NCBI RefSeq assembly: GCF_036321535.1
Contig: NC_087437.1
Location: 84,446,001 to 84,510,000 of the forward strand
Source of the DNA: Camelus dromedarius
Taxonomy: Eukaryota
DNA: 64,000 bases
Direction of reading: 5' to 3'
Shown here: piece by piece, positions 54,095 to 64,000 of the stretch
Layout: every line of letters starts with the position of its first letter
How positions within the stretch are numbered: position 1 is the stretch's first letter
Notes under the pieces: model-generated
Seen by the model: the letters and a program-made list of their open reading frames with translations, nothing else
The model's database searches: none
What the model was told of the DNA's origin: nothing
Translations under genes and position numbers: made by a program

Positions 54095-55235
54095 CAAAGT
54101 GAAAAGACAATCTATGAAATGGGAGAAAATATTTTCAAACCATTTAACAGATAAAGTGTTAAAATATAAATGTTATAAGGAATTCTTCAAACTCAATTAC
54201 AAACAAAAAACCCCAAAATAATTCAATTAAAGATGTATAGAAGACCTGAATAAATATTTTTTTCCAAAGAAGATATCCAAATAACCAACAGGTATTTGAA
54301 ATGATGCTCAACATCTCTAATAGGGAAATGCAAATCAGAACCACAGTGAGGTATTACTTCACATGTAACAGAATGGCTATTATAAAAAAGAAAAGGGATA
54401 ACAAGTGTTGGTAAGGATGAGGAGAAAAAGTAAGCCTAGTACACTGTTGGTGGAAATGTAAATTGTTACAGTTACTGTGAAAAACAATGTGGAGTTCCTC
54501 AAAAAGTTAAAAATAGAACTACCATATGAGATTTCTGAGATTATGTCTGAAAGAAATGAAATCAGTATCTCAAAGAGATATCTGTACCCTTATGTTCATT
54601 CAGGAATTATTCATGATAGATAAAGAAATGGAAACAACCCATGTGTCCATTGATGGAGGAATATAAGGAAATGATATACACACACAATGGAATATTCAGC
54701 TGTTAAAAAAGAAGGAAATCATGTCATCTGCAACAACATGGATGGACCTTGAGGGTATTATACTAAGTGAAATAAGTCAGAGAAAGGCAAATACTGTTGA
54801 TCTCACTTACACGTGGAACCTAAAGAAAACCAATCCAAACTCATACAGAGAGCAAGGGTTGTTGCCAGGGTTTCTTTTTTGAAGGGTCAGGATGGAAGAA
54901 ATGGGAAGGTCTTGGTTAAAGGAAGCAAATTTCCAGTTATAAGATGAATTCTGGGGATCTAATTTTCAACATGGTAACAGTACTTCACAAGAGAATATTA
55001 TATACTTAAAAGTTGCTTAGGGAGTAAACTTAAATGTTCTCATCACACGTGCATACCCAACCACCCGCCCCTCTTCAAACTCAAAACACTATGATTATGT
55101 GATATGGTAGATATGTTAATTAACCTTATTTTGGTAATCATTTTACAATATATATGTGATCAAATTATCATATTGTACACCTTAAGCTTATACAATGTTG
55201 TATGTCAATTATATCTCCTTAAAACTGAGGAAAAT
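54095..55235 (+). mobile_element. L1MA-like 3' end
   Basis: agggaaatgcaaatcagaaccacagtgag...gcaacaacatggatggaccttgagggtattatactaagtgaaataagtcag...tatgtcaattatatctc. Confidence 0.92.
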
Positions 55236-55399
55236 AAGAAAACTTACCTACAAATACGGAGTATTTAAAACTTACCTGAGGATTTCCTATTTGTACAAAA
55301 TTTTAAATTAAAATGCTGGAAAAATGATATTTTTATGAGAAAATATACAATCCAGATTTTTCTGAAATGATGAATTGGTATAAACTCATAAATGGAAGA

Positions 55400-57900
55400 A
55401 ATTTAAAATATAATAAAAATCATACTGTTAAAAATCTAAGGGATTATAAAGATTTACATTTCCAGGTTACTTTTAAGGAATGATAATTCACAATGTAAAA
55501 TTGTTTCAAAGCATGTAAAAGCTGAAAAACTAATAATTTACTTTTCAAGTTAAGATAACTCTGAAATCAAAACTCTACAAAGATAACAAAAGAAAGTTAA
55601 AATAAAGGCCAAATTAATTTGTGTATATTAATCAATATTCCTAAACAACATGTCCTCAAATTTCATGTGAGATGCTTTAAAAGAAGAGTGTATCCCAAAG
55701 AAGTAAGCATTAACCTGAAATGCAAGATTGATCAGTATTAGAAAGTGTTATCAATGTAATCCACTGCAGAAGAAATTAAAATAATAATATATATGATAAA
55801 CTCCATGGATTTATCAAGAAAGTTAATACAATTAAAGACACACTGATAGAAAATGCTCTAAGAAACAAGGGTTTCTCAAAAAATTAAAAATAGAACTACC
55901 ATATGATCTAGAAATTCTGCTTCTGGGTATTTATCCAAAAGAAACAAAAATACTAATTCAGAAAGATATCTATACCCACACGTTTATTTCAACATTGTTT
56001 ACAATAGCCAAGACATGGAAACAATCTAAGTGTTCATCAATGAATGAATGGACAAGGAAAATGTGGTATATATAGTGGAACATTATTCAACCATAAAAAA
56101 GAAGAAAATCCTGCCATTTGCAACAACATAGATGAACCTTGAGGGAATTATGCTAAGTAAAATGAATCAGACAGAGAAAGACAAACAACATATGATCTCA
56201 CACGTATGTAGAGTGTAAAAATAACCAAAACCAAACAAAACAAAAGAGAACAGATTGGTGGTTGCCAGAGGCAGGGGTGGGGAATTCGTAAAATGGGTGA
56301 AGGTGATCAAAAGGTACAAACTTACAGTCATAGAATAAATGGGTTTTCAGTATGTAGTACACAGCGTGGCAACTATAGTTTACAATAATACTAAATTGTA
56401 TATTTAAAAGTTGCTAAGAGAGCAGATCTTAAAAGTTTTCATCACAGGAAAAAAATATGTATGATAATGAATGTTAACTATACTAATTGTGGTGATCATT
56501 TTGCAATGTGTACATAAATTGAATCATTATGTTACAACCTGAAATTAATTTGCAAATGTCAATTATATATCTCAAGAAACTGTATATATAATAATGGCCA
56601 ATGAGCACATGAAATGGTGTTCAATATTAACTATCAGGAAAACGCAAATTAAAGCCACAATGACATACTATTTCACACTCAATAGATTGGGGAAATAACA
56701 GGAAGAAAGACACAAGGATAACAAATAAAATTTCACAATTTTGAGAAAATGTATGTAGCAGAAATTTATATTAAACATTATATTTGTCAAGTAATAGAAT
56801 CATTTTAATTAAAGTCAGAAATAAGAAAAATATTGTTTGTTTTACTAACATTCAAGGTGATAGTGGACATCCTAACAGATACGTTAAGGAAAGAAAAAGA
56901 AGTATGATTTAAAAAGTTTGAAAAATACAGTTAAATTTTCATTATCTTCAGATGATGTACTTGTTTCCATAAAAACTGAGTACAATCAACTAACAAAAAA
57001 ATGTGATTTAAGATAGTCCATCAGGGTGGCTAGAACCAAGATCAAAATAAGAAAATCAATAATGTCCCTACACAACAAGAGTAACAAATTAGAAAATGCA
57101 ATAGAAGAGATTCCAAAACAATTGAGAAAAAATTATGGAATGTCTAGCAGTATACCTAATAAGAAATGCATTGAACTTTTTGGTGAAAAATTATAAAACA
57201 TTATTGAAGGGAATAAAATAATCCTAAATAAATAGAAACATAAACCAGTTTAATGGATACAAAACTGTTTTAAAGATAGCAATTATATTCCATGTTAGTG
57301 TATAAAGTTACTACTATCCCAATCCCAATTGCAACAGTTTCTTTCTTTGAAATTAAGTAACATCTTGAATATTCTTAAATTCATAGATAGAAGTGTGATT
57401 GTGCAAGTACAAGGTAGACAAATTTTAGAAAGAAAATGTGGGGCTAGGAAGAGAAAGATCTTGAACTTGTCCTCCCAGCTATGAAAAATTTAAAAAAATA
57501 TATTGTAATGAAAATATTATATCAGAACTGAAGGACAAATCAAGAAGTGCAACACTGGAAAATCAAGAAGTAAACATGAGTTATGAATATTTAGTATATA
57601 GTCAAGGTGGCTTTCAAATGAAGGGATATAATGGAATATTTAATTAGTAAAATTAGGACAATTCATAACTGATTTAGAAAAATATAAAATGAGATCTCAA
57701 CTTCAACAAGTATTAAAACTTACATTAAAAATTGTATACATTGTTGAGGAAAAATTTAGGCTTTATTTAGGACCCTTATTTTTTTTTCTATAATTTTAGA
57801 GATTGAAGAATAGATTCTCACCTCTGTGACAGGAAAGGACTTCTTGCACGAAATTTTTTAAAAATTATAGAAAAAACCGAAAAGGCAACACAACCTGGAG
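55400..57900 (+). mobile_element. Highly diverged L1ME-like ORF2 fragments surrounding the 55870-56577 element
   Basis: A-rich; cattatcttcagatgatgtacttg (decayed LFADD region), ggtggctagaaccaagatcaaaataagaaaatcaat. Confidence 0.6.
55870..56577 (+). mobile_element. L1MA-like 3' end
   Basis: ttctcaaaaaattaaaaatagaactaccatatgatc...ctgccatttgcaacaacatagatgaaccttgaggg...gttgctaagagagcagatcttaaaag. Confidence 0.92.
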
Positions 57901-59189
57901 AAAAATTCATTTGGGAATTTGATCAGTCATGACTTCAAACAAGAGGCCATATTTGAATTAAGTTTAATTTGGATTTCAAACGGAAGATATTCTGGGACAA
58001 CTTAAATAAAAAAAATGGGGGCAAAAAATTGTGTCAGGTTTGACAAATTGTCCAGAGCTGCTGAAGGTCAAAGTGCACAGTAAGATTCTATATGCCAGGA
58101 CTTTAGTAGTGGAAGAAATTCCATTCAATTTCCCATTTGATTTCTCTACTAAACATGTAAGACTATATATATTTAATTTATCTTAATAATACTACTCGGT
58201 AATACACTGTTATTCATTCTAAAATGGATCCATTCATTTAGACTACAGGTTTAGACAGTTAACTTGTCCATAGAAATGAAAACAAAACAACACCAAAGCA
58301 ATCAGATGGTGCATGATTTACGTGGCTTTGGTAATTAACTTCACAATATTCCATTGCTCTCAATTTCTAGAATTTATTAGCTTCTCTTTAGCTATTACTA
58401 GACAGAGCTGTAGCCTCTCTGCTGGATGCAAAAGGCTCTCATTTACCTTGATTTCAGAAAGGCAAACAAAAACCAGCTTCAACTTGATTTCATCTACCCT
58501 TGCTCCCCTTCTAAGGACTCAACCCCACTCAATTTCAGATTTTAGCATAAAGGTGACAAAATACTGTTTATTTAAACCCTTTTAATTTGACAATGGATAA
58601 AAAGGTACTCAGATCCCTACAATGAATATCTTAAAGTGGTATTTTCTGCTGCTGAAATGAGTATGTGATTATTATATCAAGTGGATCAATGCTTGATTAT
58701 GATAAATCTCAAATTATTTAGGAATTAGCATAATTAGGCAAGATTTAGTGATAAGTCAAAATCGGACTGGTTTATATTTTAATATTATTGTGTGTAACAC
58801 GTATCAGCCTTATGACTGTTACGGCTCAGCTAACTTTCCTAGGCCTATTTTCCATTCTGATTCTCTGTATTACCTATATTTCAGTAATTGATTTAAACTT
58901 GAATTTAATTTTTGTGCTTTAACAAAGTATATTTAATTCACATGTGTTGCAACCTAAATTCTACATTTAGACAGTAGCTAAAATTCTACAGAACATTTTT
59001 CAGTGCAATGAGTTCACAAATATAAAATTTTATCACCAGAAAACAGTACCAATGCCATTTTCTTGTAGGCTCGCTGGTTTTTGGAGTCGTACCTATCCAC
59101 CTATTTATGACTGTATGTTTATGAAAAATAAGTAGTATTAATACCATAAAGTATATTAATCTTAAATTTTATGGACCCAAACATATCTA

Positions 59190-59410
59190 GCAATTATTAT
59201 ATGCTTGTAGTTGTTCTAAGCATTTGACAGATGTTAACTTAGATAATTACTGTAATGTACTTATGAGGTTAGTTCTAATATCCTCATTTTCTGCTGAGAA
59301 AGTTGAGTACTTCACTTAATTCAAATAACTTTGAAGGTGGTGGAGTTTGGGCGACAACCTAGCTGGACTGGCTATCTAGTACCTGCTCTTACACCTTGCC
59401 ATACTATGTT
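59190..59410 (-). mobile_element. MIR SINE
   Basis: ttatgaggttagttctaatatcctcattttctgctgagaaagttgag...ctgctcttacacc. Confidence 0.65.
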
Positions 59411-60533
59411 GTCTTTTATGTTGGAACGGAAAATTTGACTGTTAAAATCACTTGCCAGAAAATCCATACATTCCAAGGAAATGTCAATTATACTATTTTG
59501 TTTTACTCAATAGTAAGTTTTTCTATTTTTTAAATTTATAAAATTGTTGAAGTTTATTTCACTGCTTCTTTAAGGCTAACTGTATTACCTACTAGATACT
59601 CTAGAGGTTACTAAATTTTAAAATTTAATATAAATTAAATATCAAACTTAATGTAAGTTTATATTAATACAAATTGAATATCAATTTATTAGATTAAAAT
59701 TATAATTTAATATAATTAAGAAATGTACAAATTTCATATACTAACTTTGTCTTTGAATAATAAGCTACATTGTAGAATGCTTTAAGAAAATTTTAGTTTC
59801 CATTTAATATTTTTTCCTTTCTTCTAAATTTATATATGCACAATGTACAACATATTAAGCTGTTTTAAACAGATGTTTCAAATGTCATTCTAATATAAAT
59901 GCAAAAACAGATAACCTGCAGATAGCAGATAATGTATCTTTAAAAATAATCTTTCTAAAGATCTAACAATTGTATGTCAAATGCTGAAAATGGAGATTAG
60001 TGGGGAAAATTAATTTTATTTCAAAAGTTGTATTCCAAGGACAAGACTTATACTGTGTGGGCTTTCCCGGGATGGGAAAGACAGAGTACAGGCCACCAGA
60101 TAAGTAGTCCACTCTAGAACCTACTTTTTCCTCTAAACGTAGAGGTATTTGTTATGTTATTCATGTAGTTAGAGGAAAAGACAGCAATAAACACCTGGGG
60201 ATAACAGCAGAAAATATATATATTAAGATATTTTTTGCTTTATCCCACTGAGTATAAGAAGGGTACTGAGAGTTTGCCTGTTGTATGTTTAACAACAGTG
60301 CTACCACACCTGGATAAACAACCTATTTATCCTCTTGTGCTCTCTAGCAATGAGGAGCTAAATGAAGAAAAATAGAATAAACTTCAGTGTGTTTTAAGTC
60401 TCTGGGGGTACAGAGTCTCTACAGGAAATGCTGTTGGAAAAGGGAGACACCTCATTGATCAAGAAGAAACACTGCTAAGTTTTTTATAGTGTTTTACTGG
60501 GGAGGGGGAGATAAATATAAAAGAGAGTATAGA

Positions 60534-60688
60534 TGTATTTTTGGTTTATTTTTTGGGGGGGAGATAATTAGGTTTATTTATCTTTTTATTTTAATGGAGG
60601 TACTGGGGATTGAACCCAGGACATAAACTGACACATTGTAACTGACTATACTTCAAAAAAAAAAAAAAAAAGAATTAATTAAAAAAAA
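60534..60688. mobile_element. Composite insertion: antisense tRNA-derived (camelid-type) SINE fragment plus sense L1 3' tail and poly(A)
   Basis: taatggaggtactggggattgaacccaggac (reverse complement of a B-box GGTTCAATCCC) joined to aactgacacattgtaactgactatacttc(A)n. Flanking repeat agagtataga at 60524-60533 and 60689-60698. Confidence 0.8.
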
Positions 60689-60811
60689 AGAGTATAGAAA
60701 CTTCTTAAGAAGTAAACTTATTCTTGTAATCAATACATTGTGACCACTAAAAATGCAAGACAATTAATCAGCTACAGATTACATAACACATTCAGAAATG
60801 TTGTTAGGGAT

Positions 60812-61803
60812 CAGGGCCGGCTACACAACTAGAGAGATCTAGTGCAAAGTGAAAACAAAGAGCCATTTGTTAAAAAAGTAGTTAAAAGTGCCACTAAAGG
60901 TACTAAAATACAAAGCTTTTACATTTTTTCACAGTTTTGCTTTTGACCTGTGTTAGTACTTTTATTTAATTTTTAAATAAAAATATATATAAATAATTAA
61001 CATGGATTTTTACCACTAGTCTCTATAGTGTATAATTCTATTCTTAATGTATGTGTTAGACCATTGAACTCATATGCACAGTTACTGAAATCACACGATT
61101 TATATTTCATACTTGTATAGGCCTGTGTGTTTTATTCCTACCAGAACAGTGGAAATGATGCACAAAAGTAACTGAACTGTTGTCATTTCACTTCTCAATA
61201 TATGCAGGTTTTATTAAAACTCTCTACTGTCAGCTTTCTGAAACACGAGGAAAATCGGAAAGGAAAAGGGGTCGCCCTTTCCTTCTGTGTGCTCATTTTC
61301 AGTGTACATGGTTGGCTAATACAGAGAATTAACACAAATAAGTAAGGAAAGTATATGTTAGTTTCCTTTGTCATTCATGTTTCTTACCGTGCTATTGCTT
61401 TTCTATATTTGAAGCAAATTTTCAGTCTAATGGACCCTGTGTGGCTTCTGTGGGTTGTCAAAGCCTCTGCTTACTTAAGTTATAGACAAAACAAGCTTCT
61501 CTGAGGTTAAGTCTCACCGAACTCCCACGCATTATGGATGCAGTGGAATTCTGTGCTATAGGGATACCACATACTATATAGGAATAGGGTGACCCAGAAC
61601 AGTGGACACATCATGCAGATAACTTCTTCATTCATGCTCATGCTCCATTGTCCATTGGAATTCACTTCAAAACACAAGTTCAAAGATGAAATTATTAAGA
61701 ATTTCAAGATGATTACAGCAAAGTATTAAACCAAGCATGGAATCCTTCTTATCCTGGGACTCTGTATGACTGGCCCGGTTACATGTCCATGAATCCAGCT
61801 GTG
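60812..61803. mobile_element. MER45B-like hAT-Tip100 DNA transposon (~1 kb)
   Basis: Starts cagggccggct and ends catgaatccagctgtg. 8 bp TSD-like ttagggat / ttaaagat. Internal aaaattattaagaatttcaagatg. Confidence 0.82.
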
Positions 61804-63747
61804 TTAAAGATAGTATTACCTTTTACAGAAGTGTTTGAGATTTGGTTACATTACATTTCTAGGGTAGGTGTTTTATTCTAAGGAAATATGTTCTTAAGGA
61901 AAGTAATTAAAAATATAAAGTAAAGACTCAATTGAGGTATCTGTGCAAATCAAAATAAATACAAATATAAATCACAAATTAGAAAGATTGTCTCTTGACA
62001 CTAAAGCAGAAGAAGGTGGCAGAGCTTTGGTGGGTCATTATCAACAGCAGATTATGGAAAGGGGGAAAGGCTGCAAAAGTAAGACAGGCATAAGGAGATG
62101 GAGCAGACAGTCTAAGGCACAGAGAAGAGCCATCCCTGGAACTGGGATGATAACATGAAATGAGTCAGGGCACAGCAGAGGCAAATCTAATTGATTATCA
62201 TTGGGAGCAACATGTGGACGGGAAGTGATTTCTGAGAGATTCATTTGTTAAAAAAAGATCAAGAGACAAAAACTGAGGCACTGAGAGAGGAAGGATAGTG
62301 GGAAGTAGCTGGAGTACATTAGCTCTATTTCTGGAGAGTCATTGGATTACTGAGCAGAATAACCAGATTTTCAACAGGGTGGGGAAGCAGTATAAAATTT
62401 TAATTCATAAGAATGAAGGATGCGATAAAGGGAGTTTGGGGGGCTGCAACTGGGACCCTGAATTAGGGACAGAGCTCACTAAATAAAGCATATATTGGAA
62501 ATGGCTGGAGCCAAATCCACAGGGTGGTGTGAGGTCAATTGTGACAGCCACACGGTAGCCTTAAGAGTCACAGCTAACTTACTGGCTCTTAGTTTCAGGG
62601 TGTGTACTTAAATTATAAACCACAGGTTGGTGTGTAGGAGGCTGCCTTTGCAGCCTTTGCCTTTGCTATCCTACTTAAAAAGAATTGTCCTGAGACTGGA
62701 TATGGCTGCATCTACAAGGTTGTGTTACGTGTGGACACTGCTAAGAGGATCAGGGAGAACAGAGATGATGGGGAAAAAAATAGGACACATTATCGAATAT
62801 TGCTGTTAAATTCTTCTGGGACTAAATTATCCAGATAAATACCTTTATGTTTCCCTTCCCTTTTAGGAGTAGACCTTGAGTAAATGAGAAGAAGGAACAA
62901 TCAGTTCAATTACTGAGTCTACCAAATGTGATGTTTTAGAACATGCATATGAAATGTGTTAGAAGTCTTAAAAAGCACTAAAAATTCTGCCTTTAAATCA
63001 TTAAGTAAAAATAAGTAGAATGACTTCAGTAAAATAAAATGTTTTAACATACACAGACACATACATTTTCTAGCCATCTGTTTAGCCCCTATAAGAGTAC
63101 AAATTACTGTTACAGCAAATTAAGTTACAGTACAGGAGAAAGTCCTTACCATTTTAAGGGTTCTGATAATTCAAATAAATACATTTGCATATTGTTATAA
63201 ATGTTTCATATTTAACTTCCGTCAAATTAAACAATTGGAATATGTAAACTGGCTAATACGTAAACCCTGCTGTAGTATCTCCAGCTACCGTATTTTATCA
63301 AATTAAACATTCATTTATATTGTATTTTATGTGAATATTTCAATTACTAATAAGGAAACTGAAGATAAGTTACACTATTATCAAAAATCAGAGACAATTT
63401 ATATATGCTAATTCTAGTACCTAATAACTGTTTATAATATAGTATTTTGCCTATAGTATGATAATATATAGTTTCCAGGTTAAACTTACATGATTTAAAA
63501 AATGTATATAAAATGTACACACAGTGATATAAGATTCTGTAAGAAAGTTTTCCCATCCGCTTTGTTTATGCTAAAGAGGAGAATGTTGTAACCATATTGA
63601 GGCAGAGTTGTGTTACACTATTAAAAATTCCTAGTTTCTGTCCTCTGCTGTAATAGTAAAGAAGGTTTTTCTGTTCAAACTTTTGGCTGTCTCCCAATAG
63701 TCTCTTCACTATTTGTAATAAAGAGAGGGCAACTATTTTTACTGCAA

Positions 63748-63860
63748 TTAATAGAGTGTTATGGGACTTTGCTTGGAATGTTTGCTTAGGACCATTGCTG
63801 AAGCATTTTCCTGAGTCACCTTCTGATAACATTTTCTTTTCAAGCATCTTTGACATTCAT
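63748..63860 (-). other. Candidate terminal coding exon (unidentified)
   Basis: Acceptor ccatcttttccctcag on the - strand. Phase-1 reading (D)ECQRCLKRKCYQKVTQENASAMVLSKHSKQSPITLY*, followed by unique AT-rich sequence. Confidence 0.25.
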
Positions 63861-64000
63861 CTGAGGGAAAAGATGGACCATTCTGATTTTTTAGATTAAA
63901 GAAAGGCATTATCTTGGTGGAGAAAACTATGCTCCATATAATCAAAGAGAACAGTTTGGAAGAATTATGTTCCTAACATATTTCTTTAGGGGGACATATT

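Noticed and set aside
55248..55315. Minus-strand 40 nt exon with two tandem GTAAGT donors
   Set aside because: It is wedged between L1 fragments, and antisense L1 often shows such motifs; no independent support.
60590..60623. tRNA gene
   Set aside because: Only a B-box fragment of a SINE; no A box or cloverleaf.
1..64000. Prokaryotic or phage-type system (operon, CRISPR, defence island) or CpG-island promoter
   Set aside because: There are no long ORFs, spacer-repeat arrays or CpG-dense region; the content is typical mammalian repeat-rich DNA.

Overview
AT-rich, repeat-dense mammalian genomic DNA of intronic or intergenic character; it is not prokaryotic. The young L1 3' ends, one tRNA-derived SINE fragment at ~60.55 kb, and the lack of recognisable Alu, BovB/Bov-tA, PRE1 or SINEC elements suggest a cetartiodactyl, probably a camelid (inference). 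Much of the window is transposable-element derived: young and old LINE-1 (two with twin-priming inversions), L2, MIR, MaLR/ERVL/ERV1 LTRs, a decayed class III endogenous retrovirus with an env remnant (8.4-11.0 kb), and hAT/Tigger DNA transposons. I recognise no intact protein-coding gene, RNA gene or CRISPR array. The supplied ORFs are mostly repeat-derived or chance ORFs. The best non-routine signals are: (i) + strand exon-like segments with good splice sites but in-frame stops (1-25.3 kb), possibly a decayed gene or lncRNA; (ii) two - strand terminal-exon-like segments; (iii) a local ~290 bp duplication with a perfectly conserved octamer-containing core; (iv) a SINE/L1 chimeric insertion; (v) a few transcription-factor motif clusters. 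Repeat family names come from by-eye recall of consensus sequences. Boundaries are approximate unless TSDs or termini are quoted. I found no convincing novel biological system.
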